DNA of 64,000 nucleotides, taken from positions 372,001 through 436,000 of the forward strand of contig JAIVFI010000027.1 of NCBI GenBank assembly GCA_025558095.1. Direction: 5' to 3'. Each line of letters begins with the position of its first letter. The first letter of the stretch is position 1. The DNA is from Hyaloraphidium curvatum SAG 235-1. Its lineage: Eukaryota > Fungi > Monoblepharomycota. Shown here piece by piece: positions 48,251 through 60,508 of the stretch. A program made the position numbers and the translations under genes. The notes below the pieces were generated by a model that had not been told where the DNA came from, ran no database searches, and worked only from the letters and a program-made list of their open reading frames with translations.

Positions 48251-49221
48251 CTATCTGTTCGGCCGAAGCGATACAGGAACCATCTTCGGCCCCACGGAAC
48301 ACATAATTGTGTCTACAGGGAACGTGCACGACGCCAAGTCGTCACGAAATCGGTCCCGCAGGCGTTCCAGCAGGCCTCGGTCCAAGTCCTGGTCTCCGCA
48401 GTCCAGAAAGGCGAAGCTGACGTGAAATCTGGGTTCCTCGTAGTACTTGGGTTGTCTAAAGTGCTCCAGGATGTCGTCCATGGCCTTGACAAGGCCCGTG
48501 AGCTGCGGGAGAATCGATGATTGTCGATGAACACAGATAAGCGGCCCGATCAGACCAACCTGAGCCGAACCGGGCCCTATATTTGCGCTGAGAAAAGTCC
48601 GTTCTCCTGTTTCGCTGACATAGCGGCCCGGATCGGAAAATCCGACGTTGAAGCTGAATGGAGGGGGAGTTGCAGCGGACCTCCGCCAAACCGAGAGGAA
48701 TCCCGACCGTTTGACTCTCTTCATCTTGTCCTCTACCATGCGCAGGAACCCGTCCCATTGAAAGGACCTCAGAAACGCGGTCCTTGTCAGGCTGATGTGC
48801 AGGCCCTTGCTGGACGCCGTGGCCTCCTCACCCCCCACGGCGCGGATGCGGTCGTCCGATTGCTTGGCGAACTCGAACATCTCCTCCAGCAGGTCGTGCG
48901 GCCTGGATCCACGAGGCACGGGGACGAAGACGAACGACGGCCTGTGGGAAGCTGGAGTTCGTAATCCTCCGTGGAAATCGGAGACCAGCTGGTACCATGT
49001 CCGTTCCTCCGTGGCTTTTACGACAGCTCTGCCGGGTACAGGCCTAGGATGTACTCTCGATAAGCCGGCGTCGCCGGTCGGCTGTCGAAAAGTACGCGCC
49101 TCTTGTCCTCTGTCCGGGGAGTCACGTCCTCCGTCCGCCGCCGTTTCCGCCGCGCCGCATGTTCCGCGGAACTTGCGTCCTCGTCATCCGAAGATGATCC
49201 ATAGCTTCGCAGCAGCTCCAT
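48251..49221 (-). CDS. USB1: U6 snRNA phosphodiesterase Usb1/Mpn1, multi-exon
   Basis: N-terminal LLRSYGSSSDDE; two 2H motifs LHISLTR and YYEEPRFHVSFA. Confidence 0.88.
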
Positions 49222-49296
49222 GGAAACGCAACCGAGGGGCGGCCGGAGTTTGAATTGAGACGACTCAGCACGCGCACTCGCGTCCGGGTGGTCGCG

Positions 49297-51748
49297 ATGA
49301 GGGGGAGATTGCCATTGCTCCTTCTTGTCGCGTTGGTTGCTTGCGCCAGCGGCTGCGATGCCTTTCGGTCCTCGGCGGAAAACTCCGTGGCGGTGGATCT
49401 CGGGACCTTCGAAGGGCCCCCTGGACAGCTCCCGCATAGCAACGAGGAGGATTGCAGCAACATCGGATCTCACGACGATCCTTGCGCGTTCTTCCGCGAG
49501 CACTGCGGGAACCTGGATGCCGCGAAGCCCTTCCTGAACATGTACTATTGCTCCCTGGCGGGGCACAGCTTCGTGGCAATCTCCCTGCTCGTGGGGCACC
49601 GGCTGGGCGTGCCGCTTCCGCGCTGACCCGGCCTTCGCATCAGACCGTAGCCATGGTGGTGCTCTTTGCCGTTTTCGCGACGACCGCGTCGCAGTTCTTT
49701 GTTCCCAACATCAACGGGATCACCACGACTTTGGGGATCTCGGAGACCGTTGCAGGTGCGTAGGTCACTTGCTCCATGTCCAAGACCGTAACCTTGGACG
49801 CAGGTGTAACCTTCGCCGCGTTTGGCAACGGAGCGCCAGACATCTTCTCTTCGCTGGCGGCCTTCGCCAACAGCGAGTCCGGGGGACTTGCCTTCGGAGA
49901 GCTGCTGGGTGCCGCAATGTTCATTCTGACGGTCGTCATGGGAGCTGTGGCCTTCATATGCCCAGTGGGTGGAGCGTTGTTGCGAAGGCGGTCTCGTTCT
50001 CAGCTTCGTCGGTCGTCCAGTTCAGCGTGTCCAGGTTTCCGCTTTTCAGAGACGTCGCATTCTTTGTGGGAGCGCTGGTCATTATCCTTGCGATGCTTGC
50101 GGACAAGTCTGTAACTCTTGCAGAGAGCATCGTCCTGGTGAGCATACTCGTCACCGCGAGCCACCTTGTTGATGACCACGGGACACAGGTTGTCTATTAC
50201 TTCATCTACGTTTCTGTCGTGGTCTTCTCCCATGCTTTGCCCAACGTTTTCAAGCGCTTCGAGAGCCGCGTCCACCTCGTCGGTAAGCACGCTGCAGCAG
50301 TTGGCATCTTCCCGGAGCTGAACCTGCGGTGCAGAGAACCCCATTCTCGGGGAGACAGGGCTGGCGTCGCCCACGGAAGGGCCAAGACTGGGTCATTCCG
50401 GAACCTGGTGGAGCAGCCCGCAGATCCTTGCGGATGGCGCCAATGAGCCGGTCCCGCCGGCTACCGCGGAAATGAGCACCGCTATGGATCTTCAGAGGTC
50501 GCTCATCCGACCTTCGCTCGGCATGGCAGGATACGTTTCATCACTGCCGATTGTGGCGGACAGTGTTGCCTTGGCCGAGGATGGCGACACGAGCGAGTAC
50601 CCGTCCCTCGGCGTGTCGCACAAAACGGTGGACCTGTTGTTCCCGTGGGCGAGGAACTTTGCATCACTGAGCCTCTTCCGGAAAGCCATCGGCATTGTTT
50701 CGTCGCCGGTGTGGGTCGCACTGCGACTCACAGTGCCTGTTGTGGACCAGGCCACCATGGACTCGGCAGGGCTTGCGGACCCCTGGTCAGACGGCGGCCA
50801 TCTCGCCGTGAATGAGGATCAACATCCGATTGCGGAGGACGATGACGTGGCAGCACTGCCGTCTTCACCATCAGACGGCCGACCCCTGGTATGGCGGATG
50901 GTCACGCGGGGACCGCTCCGGTGGCATCGTTGGTTATCGGCGATCAACGTCCTTCTCTTCCCGAGCATCGTCACTTTCGGCATTTCTGGTCTGGGTGCCT
51001 CGGTTGGCAGCTCGAACCTGCCAGCAGGCGTTCTGTCTGCTTTGCTCGGACTGTTAGCGTCCGCAGCATTCGTAGCGGTCACGCGGAACGACCGACCGCC
51101 GCGGTGGTACGGTTTATTGGCCTTTGTTGGCTTCTCAGCGGGTATTCTGTGGATCTACCTCATTGCCAACCAGCTTGTGGGGCTCCTCCAGGTCTGTGTC
51201 CTTCCATGCTCCATAGCGTCGTGCGCCTAAATGCCGTTTCCAGACGATGGGCCTCATATTTGGAGTGAGCGAGGCCTTGATGGGGTTGACGATATTTGCG
51301 TGGGGCAACAGCATGGGCGATCTGATGGTACGTTGCGCCGACAACGTGCCCGTGGCGCTAGCCAACCAGAGAACCGCGCCAGACGGACATCTCCCTGGCA
51401 AAGATGGGGTATGCCGAACTAGCCATGGGCGCCTGCTATGGAAGTCCAATGCTAAGTCCGTTCGCGTGCGTCTTTCGACTGTATCTGGCCTTCTGACGCT
51501 CCTCTTCGGCAGATATCGTCCTCGGAGTCGGCCTCGGTGGGCTCGTTTCGACGTTCAAGACCGGCTCCCGCCAGATAGAAGTCGGCGCTTCCCTCTGGGC
51601 ATCCGCTCTGGGACTGCTGGCCGCACTGCTGACATTGCTGACCATGATACCTCTGCAAGGATACCGTACTACCCGTGCCACTGGCATCGTCTTGATCTGC
51701 GTCTACGCGGTGTACCTCGTCATCCAGCTTTCTCTCTCCAAACTGTAG
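49297..51748 (+). CDS. Cation/Ca2+ exchanger (CCX/NCLX family), multi-exon
   Basis: Signal peptide; alpha-1 GVTFAAFGNGAPDIFS and alpha-2 GLTIFAWGNSMGDL repeats; LRLTVPVV; GACYGSP. Confidence 0.92.
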
Positions 51749-51797
51749 GACAAAATGTAGCACCCGGCAATGGAGCAATGGAACCGAGCGAACCGGC

Positions 51798-52451
51798 TCA
51801 GCTCCGTTTCCCCCCCGACCGTTTCGGTGACGCCCAGTGACCACGTGCGAAGCCGTTGCCGACCGAGTTCTCCCCGATGCGATAACCCCAGCCGTACTGC
51901 CTCAAGTCCCGGATCCCGAGCACGAACGTGGCCAGGAACAGCCCACAGCACACGTAGCCGAAAGCCATGCAGAGGTTCCACGACAAGCAGCCCGAGCTCT
52001 TCTGCGGCGGGTGGGCGGTGTCGCGGGGGCATTCCCCGAACCAGGCGACGACCGACGATGCGCCGACCCAGAACCCGAGGAAAAGCACGTCGATGACGAC
52101 CTCCACGCGGGAGAAGCGCTTGTGCCTGGAGGGAGGCACCCCGAGCAGCACCGGCGCCGAGTAGAGGAACATGCAGGAGAAGGACTGCATCATCGAGGCG
52201 ATGCACACCGTAGTCATGAACACGATCCCGGAAGAGGCGATGACGGCGCTGTTGTAGTTGACCTCGAACGAGGAGACCATCAGGGCGGCGAAGCACGTCG
52301 CCGCCGCCAGGAACTGCAGCAAGCGTGCGAGGAACCGCCGCTCGCGCCAGGTCTCCAGGAGGGGTGGCGGCGGGACGGGCTTGGTGTAGAGCAGCAGTCC
52401 GTCAATATCGCCGCCGAGACGCGCCGGAGCGCCCTCGGCTTTGGGCTCCAT
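51798..52451 (-). CDS. Four-TM MARVEL-like membrane protein
   Basis: ARLLQFL, four hydrophobic helices, DVLFLGFWVGAS, C...C...AFGY pattern. Confidence 0.65.
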   Translation of the reverse strand: MEPKAEGAPARLGGDIDGLLLYTKPVPPPPLLETWRERRFLARLLQFLAAATCFAALMVSSFEVNYNSAVIASSGIVFMTTVCIASMMQSFSCMFLYSAPVLLGVPPSRHKRFSRVEVVIDVLFLGFWVGASSVVAWFGECPRDTAHPPQKSSGCLSWNLCMAFGYVCCGLFLATFVLGIRDLRQYGWGYRIGENSVGNGFARGHWASPKRSGGKRS

Positions 52452-52540
52452 GGCATTCTCCGTGATCCAAACGGAGGCTGTAGGGGGCGGGGGGCCGGTT
52501 CGATCGTCACGCAGGCCGCGCGAACCGTGCTCAACTCGCG

Positions 52541-54228
52541 ATGCTCCCGATAACTCCGGCCGAGTTCGCGGCCGTTTTCAGGCGGCTAGCAGTTCCTCAT
52601 AACCCTGCGGCGCGAATCGGTGCGCTTCCCGCCGCGTCTGCTCGTGTCGGCGTGCCTTTGACGCGTGGAACGAGCCCTCCGCCTCGCCGCGAACCCGGAG
52701 AGCGTCCTGCTCCTCCACCTCGTGCGGCAGACCGTGGATCCGAAGAAAATCGTCGCGTTTACTCCGAATCCGGAGGGGTTGGGGAACGATGACCTCCGGA
52801 AGGTCGTCCGCTTCCTCGCGGACTCTGGTTGGATGTCCCGTCGCGTTCGGCTGGCCGATCCTGACTCTCGGATCCCGATCACAGGTGTGGAGCACCGTAT
52901 AACGGATTCCACGCCGCCAGGCCGGCCGCCGGACGCGTCCGGAGGCGGCAGGATGCCGGGCGGCGAGGCCGCGGCGGACAACCTGGACATCCCTTCGCTC
53001 GCGCAGCAGGCGCGCGCGGCATCGGCGCGGTTCGTGGTGCTGCCCACTACGCTGACGGAGCAAGCGGAGAACGTTGTGTACAGGCTGGCCCGGCACAGCG
53101 GGATCGACGGCCTGGGAGGGTACAGGGACGCGGAGGACGTGGTGTTGGACAGGCTCGGGGAGACGCGGATGAAGGTCATGAGGCCGTTGCTGGGGTTTTC
53201 CAAGGTTGGACCGCGGGCGTGGTCGGCCCCGATCGCGTCACGCTCGTTCTGACGGGACGCTCAGGCGCGCGTGGTCGCGACCTGCGAAGAGGCAGGCTTG
53301 CCCCAGATCCCGGACCGCAACGGCGCCCACGCCTCCGAGGTAGCGTTACCCGAGGAGGAAATCCAGGCTTTTGCGACGCGCATGCAGGTCCACGCGGCGA
53401 AGATCCGGGAGAAGAGTGAGTCCTGCGCAACGGTTGGGGCCTCAACCAATCTCTTGCGCAGCGCTGGCAACGGTGAAGAAGCACACGCGACAGGATACCC
53501 GCACCGGCGCCAGCGCCATCTTTCTCAACGTCGACCCCGACTCTCACTCGGACCACTGGTTCGCCGACCCCGTCGTCGCCCTGCGCGTCCTCCGCGAGCT
53601 GGTGCTCTATTCCTCGGCGCTCCAGACCAAGCCGCACCTCGCGGCCCTGCGGAAACTCCACGGCCACATCCTGGACCAGCTCGCCAGGCCGCCCGCGATG
53701 AGGACCAACGTCACGGTCGGCGGGACGATGTTTGCACCCCACCCGCGGAGCGACCTCTGGTTCGCCCTGCGGCAGCCGCCGTCGCGCACGGAGCTGCCGC
53801 AACTCTCGGTCCCGGTCCGTTTCGGCGACCTGACCATGTGGGACAACCGATTCCTGGTGCAGATCCGCAAGGCGCCCGGCGGCTTTGGCGGCGACGTCAA
53901 GGGCGGGCTGAGCTTCCTCATCCGGCCTGCGGAGCTGGAGGACTACCGGGCCATCCAGAGGAAGCTCCGGGGGAGGAAGGACCCGAAGCAGACGGATTTC
54001 GCGCAGCTGCGGGCCATGACGCAGGTCCTGGTGCACCTGCCGCAGCACGCGCGCAACCTTGTGCCGGCCGTCGTGCTGGTGATCGACGGCAAGGCGGCGA
54101 ACCGCGCGTTCGCGCTGCCCAGCCTCGACGTCAACGTGCTGCCCTCGATCTGCGAGGTCGCGGCGGCGTTCGTGAACCGCCGCATGTTCGACGGGCCGCG
54201 CGAGGCCGGCGAGGCCCTCAGGAAATAG
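52541..54228 (+). CDS. TilS/MesJ (PP-loop) family-like protein with degenerate active-site motifs, multi-exon
   Basis: PITPAEF N-terminus, EQAENVVYRLARHSGIDGLGG, MRPLLGFSK-ARVVATC, WDNRFLV. Confidence 0.7.
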
Positions 54229-54982
54229 ACGACAGGGTTTCAAAGAGCGCGGCCTCTTCCGCCAGCCGGCGCCGCTCCTCGGCCTCGAGCCGCTCTCGCT
54301 CCAACCTCTCCCGGCGTTCAGCCTCTTCCACCCTGCCGCGGAGCATGGCCGACTCGGCGAGGAGCAGCGCCCGGGTGCGCGCCTCGGCCCGCAGCGAGTC
54401 GGGCGTCACGGGCTCCACGGCGCACTCCACGATCCCGGCGCCAGCGGAGTCCGTGCTCCCCGTAGCGTTCAACGAGACGATGCAGGCCAGCACCACTGGC
54501 TGATTTCGCGGAAACGAGGCCGCCCGGTCGGCGATCCTGGCCAGGAAGACGGTACGGTCCGCGGGAGGCGTTTCAGGGTCCCACGCCACCTGGGCCTCGA
54601 GGTACGTCCCGCTTCCGGCAGCATTCGCGTCCTGCCGCGTGCCAAAGAGTACGATGCAGCCCGCGGCCACGTCCTCGCCCGCCACGGTCAGCTGCGCGGC
54701 GGCCGAGGTGCTGACGCGTCCGGAATCCTCAAGCGCGCCCTCGATCTCTGCAGCCGCGTCCGCGATGCGCGACAGCAGCAGCCGCGGCGACGCCGGCGAT
54801 CCGGGCAGCGCGGACGTGTCCCGAGTCGGGGCATCGGGCCGGAGCAGGCCGCGAATGCGATCCAGCGCGGCGAGCGCCTCGCCGACAACGTCCTCGAGCT
54901 CCTCGGCGCGCCGCTCGGCGGCCTTCAGCCCAGCCAGCGTGGCCCGGCGCTCGTCCTCCGCCTCCTGCGACCGGCCAAACAT
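54218..54982 (-). CDS. Hypothetical coiled-coil protein with possible ATG11/FIP200 claw-like domain
   Basis: ORF from MFGRSQEAED; coiled ends; central VAAGCIVLFGTRQ...TVFL...PVVLACIV; by-eye similarity only. Confidence 0.5.
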   Translation of the reverse strand: MFGRSQEAEDERRATLAGLKAAERRAEELEDVVGEALAALDRIRGLLRPDAPTRDTSALPGSPASPRLLLSRIADAAAEIEGALEDSGRVSTSAAAQLTVAGEDVAAGCIVLFGTRQDANAAGSGTYLEAQVAWDPETPPADRTVFLARIADRAASFPRNQPVVLACIVSLNATGSTDSAGAGIVECAVEPVTPDSLRAEARTRALLLAESAMLRGRVEEAERRERLERERLEAEERRRLAEEAALFETLSSIS

Positions 54983-55114
54983 CGCTGCCGGGCCTGGACA
55001 GGCGAGGCCCTCTCCCGCTCCGGCGAGAATCCCAGCCCGTTGGGAATCCCTTGCACCCCGAACAGGCAAACATCTGCTCGGGCCTTCGTTGTTGTCGGGG
55101 CCACGGATCCCGCG

Positions 55115-57036
55115 ATGCCGTCGCCGGGCGCAGCACCGCCGGCGTCGGCGGCCGACCGGTCGGATTCGTCGACGGCGAACGAGTCCGAGACGGACAACGC
55201 GAGCCAGTCCACCGCCAACTCGCGCGGGCTCTACGCGGACGGCGACTCGCCCAACGCCGACCCGGGCCTGCCGCGGCCGCTCGACCGCTGGGGCACGCAG
55301 GCGACGATGCTGGACGGCAGGGGCGCCGCGGCCCCCGCCCCGACGGGCAGCCCCGCAAAGGCCAGCCCCAGCAAGGGCAGCCCCGCGCAGGCCAGCCCCA
55401 GCCCGCACGGCAGCTTCATGGACGAGGGCGACGCGATCATGCTGGCGTCGTTGCGGCCGCCGGACCTCGAGGGCCAGGACGCCAAGGCGGCCGGTGACGC
55501 AAAGCCACCCCTCGTGACCGTCCCGACGCTCGAGGAAAGCGTGCCGCGGGACTCGACCTCGCCCGTCATCACGAATCCCGCCAAGAAGAAGAAGCTGCTG
55601 TATCTCGAGGGTATCCGGGGCGTCGCCGCGCTCGTCGTCGCCGTGCACCACTACAAGCAGGCCACCTTCCGCGACGTCGGCTTCTGGTGGGCCGAGGAGT
55701 CGTTCCACCGCTACCTGTGGCACCTGTTCTGGGACGGCACCTTCTCCGTCACCGTGTTTTACGTGCTCTCGGGCCGCGTGCTCACCGCGGCCTTCTTCGC
55801 CAAGAAGGGGCCCATGAAGGCGCTCTCGTCGGCCGTCATCCGCCGGCCGTTCCGCCTGGGTGTGCCCATCGCCATGATGATGGCCGTGAACCTGATACTC
55901 GGCGCCATGGGCGCATACAACATGACCGACCAGGCCGGGCGCGTGATGCACTCGGAGATGTGGCTGGACAACGCAAACAACTGGAACCTGATCAAGAACG
56001 CGGGCGACTACTTCATCATGCTCGTCAACATGGTGGGTTCTTCGCCGTCCGTGGCTTGCTAGAACCGCTGACGTTGGTCCCGATCAGTTCCAAATGCCGT
56101 TCAAGGTCCTGCCGGTGCCGTCGGTGTACCCGTGCGGGGTCATCTGGACCATCCCCGTCGAGTACCTGGGATCCATGTTCGTCTACCTGGTCTCGTTCAT
56201 GATGGTGCACATCCCGCAAAACCGGTACTGGATCTACTTCGTGCTGTGGTTCTGCCTGTGGTGGCAGATGGACTGGAACGGCGTCTTCCTGCTCGGCCTC
56301 GTCATCACGGACCTGTCCACGGAGGGGTACCTCGAGAAGTGGCGCAACTGGAAGTACATCTGGATCGTGCAGATCCTCCTCTTTGCCATCTTCCTGCTTA
56401 TGCTGACGGTGGAGCCCGTCAACGCGGCCATCGACCGGTGGACCCTGTCGTGGCAGATCCAGTACGGCCAGCTGGGGGGCGAGGCGCCGTGGAACGAGCC
56501 CAAGACGACCCTCATCGTCGCGGCCCTGTGCGAGATCCTGCTCATCGAGCTGAGCACCTCGCTGCAGTGGTTCTTTTCCACGTGGCCGTTCGTGATGCTG
56601 GGCAAGTACTCGTTCGGGATCTACCTCGTCCACGGGCTCGTGCTGTTTGCCGTCAACACGTGGATATGGGTCGGCCTGTTCAACGCCGGTCTGACCTACT
56701 GTGGGTCCGCCGCAGCACGTGCACGCTGTCGGCCGTTCTCTGACCCACCGCCGTCCTGCAGGGGGAATCGTCGTCGTCGGCTTCATCCCCTACATCCTCC
56801 TCGTCTTTTTCGCCTCGTGGCTCTTCTACTACGCCTTCGACAAGCCCGCGATCGCGCTGGGGCAGGCGGTCTACCGCTGGGGCTTCGTCGAGGAGCTCAC
56901 GTGGCCCAACGTCAAGAAGGGCCTGGGCGAGTACGCCGAGGGGTGGCGCGCGTGGGGCCGGGAACGCGCGGAAGAGTGGCACAGCTTCTGGGCGTGGCTG
57001 GGGTCGTGCGGGAAGAAGAAGGAGCAGACGCTTTGA
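55115..57036 (+). CDS. Acyltransferase-3 (OafA-like) membrane O-acyltransferase, 3 exons
   Basis: YLEGIRGVAALVVAVHH, VFYVLSG, RRPFRL, WTIPVEYLGS, LGKYSFGIYLVH. Confidence 0.9.
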
Positions 57037-57136
57037 ATCGGGCGGCGGGAAGCCTCTCTTTATGGGACTGTCGTAATTTGCATGGTGTTTATTGCTGCTG
57101 CGAGCACGATCATAGAACATCGAAAGACAAAGGGAA

Positions 57137-58655
57137 TCATGCCAAGAGTTTCCGCGTCGCCTCGTAGAAGAGGTAAGCCAGGCTGTTCGAAGGAAGAACC
57201 TGGAAACGGCAATCAGCTTGATCCAGGATCCAGATCCGCAAGGGCACGGCCCACCTTCATCAGAGAAACGCCGAGACCCTGGTAGAAGCCGCGGATCCCC
57301 AACCGCTGGTACGTCTGCGCCACGCAGTGCAGGAATCCCTCGTAGGCGTGCGGATGCAGAGTCGTGTTGGAGGCCTGTAGACGAGTGCGTGTAGCATTCA
57401 AAGGGAACGTCACGCTGGCAGCGAAGCCGCCTGCGACCGATCCGATAGCCATGGTCTCCCACGAGGTGAGAGACTCCTTCCCCCGCAGCCTCAGGAGACG
57501 GAGCTTCAACGTCTCAAAGGCACTGAGGTTCAGTCCCGAGTAGGGGAAGATGCCGAGCGTAGCTGGAAGCCACCCGCGGAAGAAGGCCGGAAGACCGGCT
57601 GATGAAAGCTCCCTGAAGCTGCGCACGAACTCGCCCCGTATCGTGGCTTCCCCCGGGCCGACGTGCGATAGGTTGGCCATCATCCGGCACCGGAGCGAGT
57701 CCACGGGGTACATCACCGTCTGGCTCACCACACCAGATAGTCCGCCCGCGAGAAACTTGCCGAAGGGTGTCAGCTTCGCGGGATCGTCCACGCCTTGGCC
57801 TTTCGCGATCATCTTCTTTGATGTTTCGAAGAGGCCAAAGAGTAGCGCGGTTTCCGGTATGATTTTTGCCACGTTGAGTCCGTTGCCCTTGAAGAAAGCC
57901 ATCGCGCCGGCTTCCTCGTAGACCTGCTTGACCGCGCTCGCGATCGTGCTGCCTGTTGCTTTGGGCGACGACACCTGCAGCACGATCCGGATGCGGTCGA
58001 TCGGCGCCGTGGCCGTCCGTGACAGGGCCCCGGACACGCCTCCGGCCACGAAGTTGCGCCAATCGAAGGCCGAATGCCGAGGGACGGGGTCCAAGTGGAA
58101 GTTGGGCTCCCAAAGCTCGATGACGAACCCCGAGAGGTCCGTCAGCGTCGAAGCCCCCGGTATCAGGAGTGCAAAGCGCAGCAGTTCATCCAGCTGGATC
58201 TTCCGGTCGTGGTTCTCGTCCAAGTGATCGATAAAGGCCTTCACGAACTCGTCCCGCGCCCGAAACCCTTCGGTTGCGAGCCGGGTCCGGAGCTCTTTCG
58301 CGTCCACGGAGTTGTCGTGGTCCAGGTCCATCGATTTAAACAGCTCCGAGAGCTCCGACACCCGCCGGGTGACGATTTCGTCGAACCGCTCAAATGGGAC
58401 AACGTCCCCAGAGAGGGCCCCGCGTCCCCTGTCCTCCGACATCTCCCGCATCACCCGCTCGGCCGCCGACTTGAGCACCGCGTCGTCGGCCTTCACCTGC
58501 CCGCGCTCCCGAACCGTTGCGCGGATCCACCGCTCCAGGTCCGACCTCGAGATGCCTTCGGACTCCCCGCTACGGATCGCGTCGAACAGCTTCCGCGTGT
58601 CCGGTGCCGCGCGGGAGGACCCCGGAGGGGGCTCATCGGACGCGCTGCCGTCCAT
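57137..58655 (-). CDS. Ca2+-binding mitochondrial ATP-Mg/Pi carrier (SCaMC/Sal1-like), 2 exons
   Basis: EF-hands DLDHDNSVDAKE and DENHDRKIQLDE; carrier repeats AGGVSGALSRTATAPIDR, YPVDSLR, FPLNATRTRLQ. Confidence 0.92.
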
Positions 58656-58900
58656 GGACGCGACGGCTATGCCCTCAACAGCCCTCAACGCGGGTTTGGG
58701 CGATCAGCAACCTGCTCGACGCGTGTCGATCGTTCAGGGTGCAGGGTCCACTTCTCAAACTTACTTCCCGCCGCGGCCCGCCTACACAAGGCTGAAAGTC
58801 GATCGTGGGCAAGCGAGACATGCAGCATCGTTCATGGAATCCATTCCGAACTCAGAAGGGATCGCGATGACTGCTGGTGCACTTCGTATAGGCGGCCCAA

Positions 58901-60333
58901 CTACATCGGATCTGTCGCGCACAAGAGTAAGCGCAAGATTTCCACCAGGTCATTCCTGTTCCAGTCAATACAGGTTTTGCCGTGTACCGACTGCAAATTC
59001 ATCACGCGGAACGGAGCTTGTCTAACGGCACAAGACCTTCTTTGCCGTCGGTCTTTCGCACCGCGATCCCGTAACCATCTGCGCGCACGGGTGAGCCGCG
59101 ACGACCACCGTCCTGCGCAAGGGACACCCACCTGATCTTGCCTCTTTGAGGACGACGACATCGCCGGCCTTGAGGTCCAGATCGTCGTCGAACTCAGCCT
59201 CCAGATCGTCGACCGCGAAGCACTCCCTGCCCACTAGATCCTTGGCGCTTTCTTCCACCTTGGGCGGCCGCGCTATCGTCTGCGGAAGGTCGGGGACCTC
59301 GGGGAGCGAGGCAAAGGGGACCGTCTGCGGCTCGGGCGGTTCCGGGGCGGGCGCAACCGGGCCCGGCGGCGGCGCGGCGCCGTAGAACCCGGTCCCGGCT
59401 TTGCCATCCGGTACCATCGCCGCATTTGCCATCTCGGTGTCCTTGGCATCCGCCGCTGCAGCCGCTGCCGCCCGCTCGCGCTTCTTTTTCTTGTCGACGG
59501 CGTAGTAGGTCCCGCCCCCGACCGCGGCCAGCGCCACCACGCCGCCGACGACGCCCCCGGCGATGGCTGCGACGTTGGTGGTCGACGGCATAGGGGGGAT
59601 GGGGCAGGGTGCTTGGAGGGAGCTGTAGTAGACCTGTCGGGCGGCGATGGGGCACCACCACTCGCCTTGCGGCCAGGGCGCGATCCATCAGGGGTGGCGA
59701 CGATAGGGCCCACGAAAGGCCTACCGGTAAAGTTGACAGGCGCGCATCCTGCGCCGACGGAGCCGTTGGAGGAGGGGATGGAAAGAGGGGCGAGGACGGT
59801 GCAGTCGGCCGAACGGTACTGGGGGCCGAATCCACGTCAGCGTCCCGCGGCAGACAAGTGATGGGCAAAACAATGCCCACCCATGTGCAGATGGTGCTGT
59901 TGGGCCCCTGGCACACGACGTTGGACGCCGGAGTCCCGAACGTGCCCGTCCCGAGGATCTTGACAAAGTCGCCCCCGTTGTTCCCGCAGCTCTGCATGCA
60001 CACCCATTCGGTGCTGGGCTGGCAGTTCGGACTCGCGGTGAGGCCGTTGAAAAAGTAGTTGTAGCCGGCCTGGCAGAGGGGCGAGTCCGTGGGGGCTGCG
60101 CACGGCACGGAGATGTTCGTGCCCGGGGCCGGCGAGCCGGGGGCGAGGACGGTGCAGTTGCCCGAGGTAAATCGGGAGCACGCCCCGCCGGCGCCGCGAC
60201 AGCCGTACGCCTGGCCGGAGGTGATCACGTCCCCGTAGAAGGGCGAGCCGCAGTCGCGCAGGCAGGCCGCCGAGGCCCCGGCGGCGAAGATTAGGGGCAG
60301 GAGGAGGGCGAGCAGCATTTTTGGAGCCGGCAT
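58901..60333 (-). CDS. Single-pass membrane protein: signal peptide, Cys-rich repeats, TM helix, Pro-rich linker, C-terminal SH3-like domain; 3' end uncertain
   Basis: MLLALLLPLIFAAGASA; two similar Cys-rich modules; AAIAGGVVGGVVALAAVGGG then KKKK; CFAVDDLEAEFDDDLDLKAGDVVVL. Confidence 0.7.
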
Positions 60334-60508
60334 CTCGCTGCTCCGGGCGGGGATGGCCGCGGGAAGCCAGTCCCCCAAGGCGTGCCTGAGACCGAACCGC
60401 GCGCGCGGCGTCACGGGGGTCAGCGCCAACTGCGACACCGTCTGCTCGCATGCAGCGGCACCGCGGGGCCGGCCGCTCCCCGCGATCGATCGGCGGCGCT
60501 CGGCGCCC

